Assembly: GCA_011109175.1 (NCBI GenBank)
Contig: RDEW01000008.1
Coordinates: forward strand, 5,228-69,227
Length of the DNA stretch: 64,000 bases
Source: Dicyema japonicum
Lineage: Eukaryota; Animalia; Dicyemida
Direction: 5' to 3'
The position numbers and the translations under genes are program-made. Below, piece by piece: positions 37,476-50,017 of this stretch. The notes under the pieces were generated by a model. It saw nothing but the letters and a program-made list of their open reading frames with translations. It searched no databases and was not told the DNA's origin. Positions within the stretch are counted from its first letter, which is position 1. Every line of letters begins with the position of its first letter.

Positions 37476-37734
37476 CTAAAAAGTCCATTAATCTGTGGAG
37501 GGGGATTAAGGTCCTCGGTATAAATTCAATAATTCTCAGTGAAAGTCTACGAAAGTGATGATTCTAAAACTAGGAATTGTATTATGACATTTTAAAGCGC
37601 CAAGTAAAGGTTACATAAGGTAACCCGTAGAAATCACACATTTTGGCTGATAAAACTATCTTAGCTCAGCTTTTGAGATCGAGTTTCCGTTTAAAACGAT
37701 CAGAATCTTGATAGTAATTATTATCAACATGCAT

Positions 37735-40445
37735 TTTATTTATTTAACTCCAAGACCACCAAAAAAGATTGGTCAAAATTAACTAATTAAGTGACAACAT
37801 CCAAACTCTTTTCGCCTGGTCTTCTGATGACTCAACCGCATTCCGGAAGCGCCATTTTTTCCATCTGCATAGGTATTTCAATTGGTGTGCACTATTTTTA
37901 TAACCAAACAAAATTCCTCTGCATGGGCCACCTTGTCATTGAATGGGTTTCCCAGTTCCTCGCACAAACATAGGAAAACCTGGCCATTCTTAAATGTCGC
38001 CTTATCAGAGACGAGGCCGCCAATGGAGATGTCAGTGTGGTGCATAATTTTCCGCCTGAGAGAGTTCAAACGATCAATTCTCGAAGAAGGAATTGTAAAT
38101 CTCCAGGTGGAGCAGGCATATTCAATAGTAGGAACAATGACTTGTTGGTAGACTTTGTTGACGTAAGCAACAGGGGGAAGGGATTCTTCTTTATGATCGC
38201 TTTTAAAATGTTCCATTTCCGAAGGCCCTTGGCAAGCACCTCCTCCACGTGACTCGAGAACGTCATTAGAGAGTCGAAGACTACCCGAAGGATCTTCTGA
38301 GTCCGCGTAGAAGGGATAGAAGTATCTCCAAAAAACAGTTCGAGTCTATATTTAAATCTTCTATCAGTGGTGAAAATTGTGACCCGGGATTTAGATGTTG
38401 ACACTCATAACATATTTGCAGATAGCCAGTCACATATCCGGTTTAGGTGTGACTGGACAATTGCTTCAGCCACTGTAGGAGATTTGATTTATCTTTAGCG
38501 ATAATTAGGTCGTCCGCATAAGATAAAAACATTGTGTCCTGGTCATTGGTAGTAGGTAGGTCATATAGAAATAGGTTAAAAAGGAGAGGAAATAAAAGGG
38601 AGCCTTGCGGGACCTTATTGGTGAGTAGTCTTGATTTTGAAGTGGTTTTGTCAATCCGGATCCTTCCGTGTCGATCAGTTAAGAAATTTTCCGACCATAG
38701 CTTGATGTTAGGATGTAAGTTAGAATTAAAAAATTTGCGTTAAGAGTTTCCTCGGAACAGAATCAAAGGCCTTCTGTATATCGATGGATACTAAGGCCGT
38801 CCGTAAGTGTGTTCTCATTTCGAAACCGTCAGTAATAAACTGGGAGATAGAACCCAAATCATTCGTTGTAGAACTGTATTAGGTAGCGTATGGTAGTTGA
38901 TAGAGTCGTTGTACAGTCTTGATAGTATGACCCGTGCCTGTGGTCCTAGGTGTTTGAGATGAATAGTGAAATACCATCGGGAGCGCAAGCACAAGTGGGA
39001 CTTAGCGATTTAATAGCCTTGTAAACATCATGGGGGGTGAAGAAGGTTGAATACGGTTCTTGTTGCGACCGCGCCGTTCACATGTGTAGAGGAAAAAATC
39101 TTTATGGCTGATCGATACGTAGTACTTCATAATCTTGTTTGCAGTTTGTGAGCGGGTTCCGAAGCATTGCGGTAACGGCTTCAGTACCGCAGTCCTCCTC
39201 ATTGATAAGGCTATTGATCCTTCTTAGCGTTTTCCAAAATGTGGCACAAGAGTTTTTGTGACATCGTCGTCCAACTAGGCGGCTCCATTTGAGTCTGTTG
39301 TTAGTTCGGATAAGTTCAGATAATTTGGTATTCAGTGAATGTATGAGTAGAAGGAGTTATTGGTCTGTGTTTTTCCTCTTCAGCGCATCTCGTTTTTTGA
39401 TGAGTGACACAATTTGTGATGATAATTTTGGATTGAACTTCTTCTAAGAGGCGACAGGTATAAATAGTTTATCAGCTTTCAGAATGATAGCGGACAGAAT
39501 CTTGGCCGTCTTATCTCTACTGTACAATTAACCATAGTAAGGTCAAGCAGACTATTGTCCACATATGCTCTGAAACCTTGCCAGTCAGCCTTCAAATAAT
39601 TTTTGAACTTTGTAGAACAACACAGTAACAAATAGGCCTTCTAAGTCTCAACACAATGGGTTATGGTCGCTTGAGAAACCATAACGAACATTCCATGAAA
39701 TACATCTAGCCATAGAAGGATAGCAAAGAGACATGTCCGGGGATGTTGGACTGTCTCTTCTGCGGGTCGGGGTCCTTGTGTGAGCGTCCGGGTCATTGAG
39801 GATAGTCAAATCATTATGTAAGGAAAGGATGTCGGCTGATTTTGTCTAGAGCCAGAGTGGATGATTCGCATTTAGGTCGCCGCATAATACCAGATCTTTC
39901 AGTTCAAAAAGTTTCGATAAGTTTGGAATATGGGAAGTCGACGAACTCTGAAGTGGAATATAAATATTACATAGTGTAAAACGTCTTGAGGGTGAGAAAG
40001 AACTTCGATGAGATTTGTTCCAGAATAGGGTCTCCGCAAAGAGAAGATATAAACGGGGTGACATCAGTGAACAAAAGACCCTCCCTAACAAACGTCAATA
40101 ACCCTCGACCGAGACTTCTTGTCCGGTCTGTCTCGGAGTATGTTGTAGCCAGGGAAGCGTGGGGTGACGGCTGACGTGGAGAGTTTAGACTCCTGAATAA
40201 TGGCAATGTCCACTTTCAAACGAGCCAAGACGGAACGTAGCTCCAGCACTTTATTACGGATTCCATTGACATTGAGTTGGAGAATGGGTTAGGTTTAATA
40301 TCGCCAGTCTGGAGTAGCAAATTGAAGTTGGTAGGACACCCTTCCTAAAAACGTAGGAAGTGGAGAAGTTCAAACGGTTTTTTTATTGCATAACTTGCAC
40401 CGAGCGCCATCACAACAACAAGTGAACCGCATGCCGCCACGCTAA
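37735..40445 (-). mobile_element. LINE family A, end-to-end copy: short leader + APE + RT, no ORF1
   Basis: 12-bp TSD ATCAACATGCAT (37723-37734, 40446-40457) and a (TAAA)n tail. The APE begins at about 40285 (ILQLNVNGIRNK..IQESKL, GDLNA). The RT is frameshifted and has an internal deletion. Confidence 0.9.
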
Positions 40446-40658
40446 ATCAACATGCATGAAATCTTTCTTTGGGCCGAAGAGGTTAGTTCACTTCGTGGAT
40501 TTTACGTTTCTTTTGTTAGTCAGAAATTTAAATTTTTGAGTCTTCTGAGTCCGTCACCTCGTCGATCCACACAAGAATGAAGACAAGGACTTCCATCTAT
40601 TATGAAAGTAAGTGGACATCTCGTGTAATTAATATTGGTAATATTGAGATAACTTATA

Positions 40659-41330
40659 AATAGGGCAAACATTTTTAACCTTAAAATTCGAAAAAATTTA
40701 ACTTTATTCTCAATTTAAACCTGTAAAATATAGATACGAAACAATAAAAAACAAATTTTATTTTAAAAACTATTTATTGAAAATGGACATTACGTAATTT
40801 TTCAGATTTCGTGTATAAAAGTTTCTGTTTGTCCTTAAAAAACTCATGAATTGCAAAAAACATCTTTCGACAGATGCCAAAGATGGCTGAAAATTCAGAA
40901 GGAACGAATAATCTTCAGGAGAGACATTGTTACATTCCATAATAATAATTTTAGTTAGGTCGCTTTCCAAAATTCTCTTTTCCAAATATTGTTTGACCCT
41001 TGTTTTATCTTTCCCAAAATCTATTGCACTAAGCGTCAAATATAATAATAATAGCCTTTTCACGAAAGCCATAATATTTATCGCTCCGCATAGGCAGGAC
41101 ACACACTTTATTTAAGTAAAGAACAGTTAATTTTAACTAATCGTAGAACCAGTCATATACCTTGCAGCATCAGAAATAAAAGATCAATGAACAAAGATCT
41201 ATCTATATCATCGAAAAATCTTTACCAAAAGAAATTTTATGTTTTGTGACGACCTGTGAAAATTGACAAAGTGCTTTTTAGAGCACTTCACTGTCGTTAA
41301 ACATAGTTTATAAAATAACTCATGATTATT
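40659..41330 (-). mobile_element. Internally deleted CGGBP1-like hAT relic
   Basis: End TAGGGCAAA, ASVERCF..FLRTNRNF..NLKNY, DAARYM and KCSKKHFVNFH motifs. A short RTE-like 3' piece lies at about 41040-41100. Confidence 0.7.
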
Positions 41331-42289
41331 ATGTAATTGAAATTCTCTTAAAAATTCGTTGACAATTAGTCGAAGTAAACTTATATATACGTGGCATATA
41401 AAATAACGTGTAAACTACATGCTGTTTATTATTTATTTAATAGTAAAATAATAATTTGTTGAAATGATTTAAAAAAGTAAAGTTAAAAAATTTAACCTTA
41501 CGATTTATTTTTTAACATTTAAGAAACACTAGGTTAGGCGTTTCAACATTTTATACAACTAAGCGACTGCCAGTAAGAACGAACTACACTTATGAAATCA
41601 GTCATATTCACGCTTGAATTTGCCTCAAAAGAGGATATGGACGCTTGTGTCGATGATTTATGTCTGAACATTCCATTTTGAATTGGTTGACATGTTTTTT
41701 TCCACATCCATCCTATATTAGCTGAAAAACAGCACTTTTATGGTTGAAAGTGTATTTTTCGGGAAAAAATCGCTCAAATGCAATAGAATCGAATAATAAA
41801 GTAAATTTGAATATTTTTTAGTATTTCAAATATTATAAAATAAATTATTTTATAAGGAATGATAGAATTGACCTTTGGTCTTTGTTAAGCATTGAATGCA
41901 CTATCGATCTGCAAGAATGTTACACTAAGAGAATCCTCTGTAAATCAGAGATCCGATAATAAGATCCTTGTTACCCATTAATGGCCAAAATGGATGATGA
42001 GGTGACCACGTGGTCATAATACTTTCTCGGCAGTTAAAAAATCCTACATAAAGCCGGGATTTATTCGTACATTCACGGAATTGTCATTGTTAACGATAAA
42101 TGTGTCGTTTGATTATAATGAGTAAACACTTCATATGTGAATCATAATTAGAACAGCATTTAACTTGCAAATCATAGTCAAACGTCTTTATGTCAATCAA
42201 GAATACTACTGACTTTTGATTCCTCATTTTGAATTTTAGTTCATCAAAAATAGATTTTGATAGCACGTGAAATAACCTGGATGGAGAAA

Positions 42290-42495
42290 CCAATTTTAAA
42301 TCCTAGCTGGAAAGGTGTCGTCAATAAATACAATCGAATTAATCGAGTTTTTCAAAGAATTTCGTTGAGTATAAGAGTGATATTTTCCTGTATAATGAAA
42401 AAGATCCCTGGGTCTTCCAGGCTTTAGGACCGGTTCTATATCCGCCAGATTCCAGAAGGTTGGAATAGAGTTCTGATTACAGTAAACCCTCATTA
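42290..42495 (-). mobile_element. LINE RT fragment
   Basis: IPTFWNLADIEPVLKPGRP motif. Confidence 0.55.
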
Positions 42496-42919
42496 ATCAG
42501 AACAAAAAAAATTTGAGTGCCTTTCGGATTATGAAATATACTAATTTAATTGTATTTAATTGTTAACTTAAAATTAAATTAAAAAATTTTCCATATTAAT
42601 GAAGAGCGGATTCGAGAATTGTCCATAGGAAATTCTAAATCTTCTTTATATTTCCAAAAAGTAAGGCAAACTGGATTTTAGTACAATTTCAATAAACAGA
42701 GTATAAATTATTAAAATAAAAGATGTAAAAAATATTTAAAATCAAAAAATTATGTTTTATTTAATGAAGTCATAACTCGTTGTCTCTTTTATTACTATGA
42801 ATTAACACTTTTTAATTCTTTATAATATTTAAATTTTTCAATGTTCCAGATTCTATCATTTCTGAATTTTGTACTTTCCTCTATAATGTTAATGCATTTA
42901 ATAATTTTTAATTTTTAAA

Positions 42920-43266
42920 TATTTTTTTAACAATTAAACAAATGTCAGTTGAAGAAGCCTGCTGCGTGGATTGTGAACAAGTTCCCTCGGAGTATGGCTA
43001 TTCCTATCTTTTGTCTTAGCCATAACCCTTCTCGTTGATCCCTTTTCTTTCTGGCAAGCAATCCTCCGAGTTCTTGCAAGAATTCAGCCGTCATTGGACC
43101 ATCGGCTCGATGATTCGTCGCAACAGGAGTAAATCGGTAGCGATCCCCGAGGCAAGAATATTTCTTGATTTTTAGGTTTTCCGCAGTCGAAGCAGCTGCT
43201 CCAGGTGTCTGAACCGATTTAAAAATGTTCGTGTTTGAGAACGTGTCTATGCAAGTTGCGTCCCAT
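42920..43266 (-). mobile_element. CRE-like 3' fragment
   Basis: Nearly identical reverse complement of about 52210-52555. Confidence 0.9.
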
Positions 43267-43920
43267 TAATTAATTTATTAATTATTATTTGAAGGAAAGA
43301 AGAGAGCTCAATATACTGGAAGGTTCTCGTGAAAATATCTAGTTCTTATAAATTTTTAGAAACAGGGAATGTACATTAATGATTGACGTTAATCTTCTAA
43401 ATCTACTAGGCAAGCTTATTCGATCAACGGAATACTCGAGAAAGTAAGTCCCTATGCACAATCATGTTCACAAAGTCTGCAATCAAAAGGAAACAGGATT
43501 AGCCTGTAATATTCATGATATTCACCAAGGTCTTTTACTATAGTCTCTTGAAAATAGCAGATTGAACCTCGGTATTTGACAATGTTATAGTAAATGCTTT
43601 ATGGACCACTCATTTAGCCCTCTGGAATCACTTTCTGATGTTTCAGGGGAACTTGTTCGAAGAAAGCGTGTAGCTGAGGACGTCGTACCTTTTGGTAGGA
43701 GGATATGCAAGTTGCATGAGAAGGAACGATAGGGGAATGTCTAGTGATGTTGGGGAATCATCACAACAAGATGGAGGAGGTGTAGATGTTCGTAATTGTC
43801 ATCCGAAGTGACGGGAGACACATTGTTGATTCAAGCATTAGTGGAAACCCAGTCAAAGATCATTTTCAGTGCGACTGAGTGAGCTCCGTAATGGTTCGAA
43901 AATAGACACTTTGAGGGTAC

Positions 43921-44980
43921 GTAATATTATTATAAGCACTTATCGCTATGTCATAGGACTTGACAATGCATGTGCAACACGAGTTAGCAAATCACTGGTT
44001 AGTTTCATCCACTTCCTCCTATTCGAAGCCGCAGTGCGTGATCGCAACCAGTCAAGATCCTCTCCACTTTTAAGATGCCGTCCATTTCTTTGAGGTCCTC
44101 GTCGAGAACGACTGCCAGTGTCGTCCTTGGGCGACCACGGAAACGGGGGGCCTCCAACATGAAGTAATCCTCCATGGCTACGTTCGCGGGGGCATCTAAG
44201 TCCAGTCGCAGAATATGGCCGAAAAGCCTCCATCGTGTATCCAGAATCTCATTAGAAATTTCTGAGGTCTTCGTCCTCTTATAAGAAAGATTAGATGATA
44301 TCCTCGTATCACTTCTTTCGAACATCAGATGCCGTAGTTGGTCTCTATGAAACTCATTAAGCCTCTTCAGTTTATGTCTTGAGCAAGCCCAGGTACCAGC
44401 GTTATATAGTAGTATGGGTTTCACTAGCGAGTTTTTGTTATAATGTCAAGGCCCTTTTTGTGGAGCCAGGTGTTCTTTAATCTGGAAAGGGCAGTTTGTG
44501 CTAGGGTTTTCCTTCTCGTAATTTCTTCATGGTCTCCTAGAAGGGAGCCAAGCTTTTTGCATTTGCGCCAGTACTCCTCCGTCCTTGTTTCTTTCCTCTT
44601 GAGTTCAGTTACCTCAGTCTTGTCCGGATTTACTGTTAGGAACCATTCGGCTAGTCTTCCAGACACTTCTTCCATCAAGCAAGTGAGCGGTATTTTGTCG
44701 TTTGAAATAAAGTCTACGTCGTCAGCATACGCAATAATGTTTGTCTTTTCATCCATTATCGGTTTTGACTCCCGTAAAGCAGCTTCAAGGTATATGACAA
44801 AAAGTATAGGTGATAATGGGTCTCCCTGTGGAGTGCCAACAGTCGTCTCAAATCGGCGAGACAAGGCTCCCCGACTCTTACAGTAAGCCAAGTATCAGCT
44901 AGGAGAGTGGTGGCCATTCTGACAGTAGAAGCGCCTAGAAAACTTTCCAAAACCAATGTTAGCCTCCGTCTGTCGATTCT
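43921..44980 (-). mobile_element. RTE-clade LINE family C, 5'-truncated
   Basis: GTPQGDPLSP, YADDVDF, KPILLYNAGTW, RWRLFGHILR and RGRPR motifs, with a short TAA tail. Confidence 0.9.
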
Positions 44981-45114
44981 TTTTTTTTATTTGGTAATTT
45001 TTTTTTTATTTGTAGCAAAGTCCATATCCAAATTTAAATAACTTTATTTTATTTGTTTTATAATAATTAATAATATAAATAAATAATATAAGTAAACATT
45101 TCTATCACTGTGAG

Positions 45115-47325
45115 ATGCCAGTAAAGAAGGAAAAGCTCTCCAAGAATGCCCAAGTGGAAGTATATCGCAAAGACTATATCAGTGCTATGCGACAGATGGA
45201 CTCAGCCTCTTGATAAGAACGATTACGTATATCTGGGGGACAAATGGAAGTCAGAGTACGACAAAGGAGTCCAGGTTCCAAACGATCCTAACCCGACACC
45301 CTCAAATTTCGTTCATAAACCCCTTAACCTACCTCCATCAACCCTTCAAGCTCCGCCAAACTTACAACTAATGGAGTATTTCCTCACCCCTACCTATGAC
45401 ATTGACAGCCTTGACCAACTTTCCTCACCGAGTACAACCGCAGCAAAAGTATTTTTAAATTTAAACAGAAAGTGGGAAAATTGAGCCGAATTTATTTGAA
45501 GAGGTGATGGAAGCCTTGGAGGAGCAGTGTAGGGACCTGATGGAGCATAAAAATCTAACAGAACGAGTCAATGAAGAGCTCCCTGAGGAGGTCGTCTGTG
45601 CTGTGTGTCGTGATGTAGTGTTTTTATCATTCTAGCCGACCAGTTTGGAGGGAAATGAGATCGTTTTCTGTGATGGCTGTAACGTGGCCATCCATCAGGC
45701 ATGCTATGGACTCCAAGTCATCCCCGAGGACCGCTTTTTTTGCGCTCCTTGTGCCGCCAATGTCACCGAACCCACGTGCTTTTTATGTGGCGGCAAATCA
45801 GGGGCCTTCAAGTCCGACGGAAAGGAGAATTGGTTCCACCTGAGCTGTGTTCTATGGATCCCCGAAGTCTCAGTCGCTGACCACGTGCTCATGGAACCGG
45901 TGGTTGGGATGCGGATATCCCATCCAAGCGGTATGGCTTCAGATGCTCCCTCTGTCGACAACGGTCGGGGGTTTGTCTACAATGTGCTGTGGAGAGTTGT
46001 GAGACTGCCTTCCACGTGTCTTGTGCTTTCAGCCACAGCCTGGATGTTGACTATGGGGAGGGAGTGATGTGAGCCTAAGAGTATGCTATTTTCTTATTGT
46101 AGGCGTACTGTAAAGTGCATACGGGGGAATTTAGATCCCTCACTGGAAATAGGGGGATGTCACTGGATGGTAAGATATTTTCCAGCAGCTCTATCGCCAA
46201 TAGAACTGTGAGGAGGTCGATAACAGTCAGTCTATGATGGAGTTCCACAAATTTGTGCACGTGGAGGACATAGCTGAAAAATTATTTGTTCCATTGAAGG
46301 TGGTGGGAGACATTTGTGACTATTGGAAGCTGAAGCGAACTGTTTGGGTTGGATTAATTTTAGGCGAACTTCTTTTGTCCTTTACTCTCCCAGGAACGTG
46401 ACCCGATGAGGGAGTACTACAGAAGGCAGTTCAGAGTGATTAAGCGGTCAATAAAGTTCAGACAGCAGTTGGAGTCGGTGAGGGTCTCCATTATTATAGG
46501 TCCGCAACCTGGCTTACTTGGTGGAGAAAAGGGAAAGGAAGAAGGCGGGGCTTGTGGAGACTGACTGGAACCTGTTTATGTACAGGGTCACCAATCCAGT
46601 CAGTCACAACCACTATGAGAGAGTGAGTGCTCGTTATGTGACTCCTTATGATGGTCTGGAAGTAGAGACTGGAGAGAGAACCTACATGGAGTTGTCCTCA
46701 GATCTTTCTGACTCGGAACCTACCAAACTTGCTTCCGTCAGCCAACTTCCTTCCACCATTGCCAAACAGTTTAAAAGGCGACAAAAACGGGTCAGTAATC
46801 GAACGGAAATGCCCACCATTTCTTCTGTATTGTCTCCCGATGCTACTGAGTTTTCTGTTCAGCCTGGTGACCCACGTGATCGTGAAGATGTGAAGACCTT
46901 GTTAGAACAAAGTACATGATCAAACGGATATGCCCACCATTCCTTCTGTAAAGTCACTCAGTATTACTGAGCCGACTGTCCTGCCTAGTGAGCCACATAA
47001 CTGGAAGGATAAGAATACCGTGTTGGAGTCCGAAGTAGATGAATCGACGGTTTTTTCCGCCAAAAGAGTATCCCCTGTGGGAGATGAGGAATGTGTTGGA
47101 GAGACGATACGTGGGCTGATTTTCACAAAGGAATTGACGGAGGATGACAGTCATACGACATTGTTTGGGTACTCGTCTCCTAGTTATGCAACAATACCGA
47201 TTGACAGTAGTTTGGTGGTTAATCCATCAATTGTGGAGTTTAGCAACCGGAATATGGGTTACATAAGGAAGACAAAGTCATATGAGAAGAGGATGCTTGT
47301 TGAACAGGGACTGAATAGATTTTGA
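45115..47325 (+). CDS. JADE: JADE-family (EPC-PHD-ZnF-PHD) HBO1-complex scaffold, with apparent frameshifts
   Basis: EVYRKDYISAM..DS / YVYLGDKWKSEYDKGVQVP (JADE signature), CDGCNVAIHQACYG, HLSCVLWIPEV, FHVSCAF and DYWKLKR. Introns at 45449-45468, 45615-45635 and 46081-46102. Confidence 0.85.
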
Positions 47326-47967
47326 TTGTAAATATTTCACTCTTTACTTCTGTTAGGCATGATTTTTTGTACAGATAACTCGTAGTGGTTATGGTATTTA
47401 CTCCTGGGATACTTCCATTGGGGTGATTGATCTAATACTTCCTTTGATGGTCCCTATGTGGTGGTTTCCTATCCTTCCTCGCAGAATGGATGATTCGTCG
47501 TGAATAATTTAGGAGAAGGGTTCGCTAAAGGATGCGAGCAATATAAGAAACTGGGATCACTCCAATATCTTCCTTCATTGTGGTTCCGAATAGTCTATTC
47601 GAATAGTCTATTGTCACTATAAATCACAATTTTTTGGTTTTAATGATTTTATAAAAATTAAACACTTTAAGCTATAAATATTGATTTTTACTAACAAAAT
47701 GACTGGACGCCATGGAAATGGAGGAAAATTAAATCATATAATCCAGTTTTCATGGCGAGGTGGAGACTTGTCTCGCTTCTTAATTGGACAACAATTAAGA
47801 GAATTGTCTGGGTGTAAAATACAATGGATGTCTTGAAATTGTTGTTTGTTATTATTATTATTAAGCCAAAGAAACACCGTCTTAACCAATAACTAATATT
47901 CAGGTGATCCCGGCATCTCTCAATAATCGTGTTCAACGTTAGAGAAATTTTGATGTCACCAAAATAT

Positions 47968-48250
47968 AGTATTTTATTTATTAACCCCGAATACACCGAG
48001 AAAGAAGTCAAAGTAAACAACTAATTAAGTGTATCCAGTTTCCACTTTTGCAGAAACAGAGTCCATCCGGAATCAGGATAAAAGGTAAGACGTCCATTAC
48101 ATGCAGTTGTGAAAACCCCTCCAATGGAGTGGGGGAGAGCAAATGATCCTTTTTCATGCTGGCCTGGCACTGGGCGACACCTAGACAAGTGGATCACATG
48201 ACGCCACTCTATTAGAAAGAGAGAGGAGGAACAGACAAGCAAGCAGAAAA
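47968..48250 (-). repeat. REL-element 3' UTR-derived repeat, copy 2
   Basis: End-to-end homology with 12297-12570. Confidence 0.75.
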
Positions 48251-48333
48251 ATTAAACCAATTAACCACGTGCACCACATGGCGCCACGCGGCAAATACGA
48301 GGCCTTTATTGTATAGTTATTTAATTTAAATTA

Positions 48334-48466
48334 TTATTATTACCCCCAGGATCACTGGGTCAAAGAGAAAGAAATACAAGTTCTCATCTAACTAAGTGAT
48401 CCCAGACCGACAAAGGTGAGGACGAGTCTGGCGGGGTCGAGAATCCTGAACAGCTCTTCTCATTGG
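48334..48466 (-). mobile_element. SINE-like element, full-length copy
   Basis: 15-bp TSD ATTTAATTTAAATTA (48319-48333, 48467-48481) and (TAA)n tail. Confidence 0.9.
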
Positions 48467-48575
48467 ATTTAATTTAAATTAATTTCACGGTCAATTGAAT
48501 TTATCTTATTTGAATTCTTTAATATTATTTTTATATTTAAAAACTTGGATTGCATGTTAATTGCGTTTTTTATTC

Positions 48576-48757
48576 GGAGTGCGGAAAAAAAGTCAAGTGG
48601 AAAAAAGTCAAGCGGAAAAAAAAAGTCAAGTTGTCTTTTTTTAGTTATATATCGCATTTTTGTGATACTACTAGCATCTTTTAATTTTTAAAATTTTTTC
48701 AATACTTGACTTTTTTTCCGCTTGACTTTTTTCCACTTGACTTTTTTTCCTACAACC
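48576..48757. mobile_element. MULE-like MITE
   Basis: GG...CC termini, inverted GGAAAAAAAGTCAAG arrays and a near-matching 9-bp flank (TTTTTATTC / TTTTATTTC). Confidence 0.8.
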
Positions 48758-49537
48758 TTTTATTTCATGGGCCCCAATTTTTTGAATAAGTGAAAGTTTT
48801 ATGGCCAACTGACCACTGATCTAATTGGGTAATTTTACCTCCTAGCATAAATCTTTTTTATATAAGGGTAACCACTTTACAACATAAAAATCAATATATT
48901 GTAGTTTTTCTAGTTAAAAAGTAAAAAAAGTTAAAAATTTTTACTTTAAAAATAAAAAGAAAAATTCAATATTAAAAATTAAAATATTTGAATTTATATT
49001 TAGTAATAACGTTTTGGTGGGGCAGAAAATTCACTAATAGTTCGCCGAATTCATGTGTTTATGTTTCTGCCTCCACATAAACTCGGTGAATAGTTGTTTA
49101 GATGTTGACGTGCTGTTCCCCATTACCCTCTTGTTCCGCCGTTTAGAACTACTACATTCGTAATAATTTTAATGAGATCAGGACCTTTCTATGTGCTGTG
49201 TATTGTCAGACATACGACTTGAAGTCACATTATTGCAAGTTCACGCGTATTCCAAGATACTCGACCCAAAGAGTCAAACCATTAAAGGTCAGGACTTGTA
49301 ATTAAGTCCCCGTAACTTTTATCCATGACTCTATCGAAATGTGAACAACTCTACTGCTATGGCCTACATCCATTTGAAACACATTGGACTTAACAGATCG
49401 CATTTTGTGCGATTTAAATATCATCAGTACACAAAATTACTCAAAAATTAATAATTGGAGTGTACCATTTTTAACAGAAATAAATCAATTGAAGCAATTA
49501 CTTAGTAATGTCCGACATTGAGAATAAACCATGAATT

Positions 49538-50017
49538 ACCCGACCATTAACGTCACTCCCAATCAATAGCGTCACTAAATTATTTAAGGGTAAAAACAAT
49601 TTTTGTAATTTTCTTATTTTCAGCACCTCATCTGGAATCATATATTTTTCTATGTGCTGAATAAATTCTCAATTGGATTGAGAAATAGCGAGTAACGAGT
49701 AATGGAGATTGTCAGGCATTACTAAAGATATGGTTTTCAATTCCCTCTTCATAACAAAGATTTTTAAGGATTTCAAAAAATAGTCATTGATACAATTTCT
49801 GATTCTGATTTCCACAACAAAAATATGAGTAGAAGACCCTGAAACAGCTCTTTCTCGTCTTGGTCTTTAGGATGATGAAAATCAGACCTCATTATGAGTT
49901 TTCAGACGTTCTTTTATCCAAAAATATATTCCCAATGTTAATGAGTAGAAAGTTACGCTAATGGTGGGGGGAAGTGACGTTAATGGTCGGAAAGTGACAT
50001 TAATGGTCTGGAAACCC
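49538..50017. mobile_element. Non-autonomous TIR element
   Basis: CCCGACCATTAACGTCACT is inverted against repeated AGTGACGTTAATGGTCGG units. The same end recurs at 61623-61649. Confidence 0.65.

Noticed and set aside
40275-40292. GAGAATGGGTTAGG shared between the LINE A ORF start and the satellite
   Set aside because: It lies in APE coding sequence (NLTILQL with one extra C), so the match probably arises from a homopolymer slip and chance.
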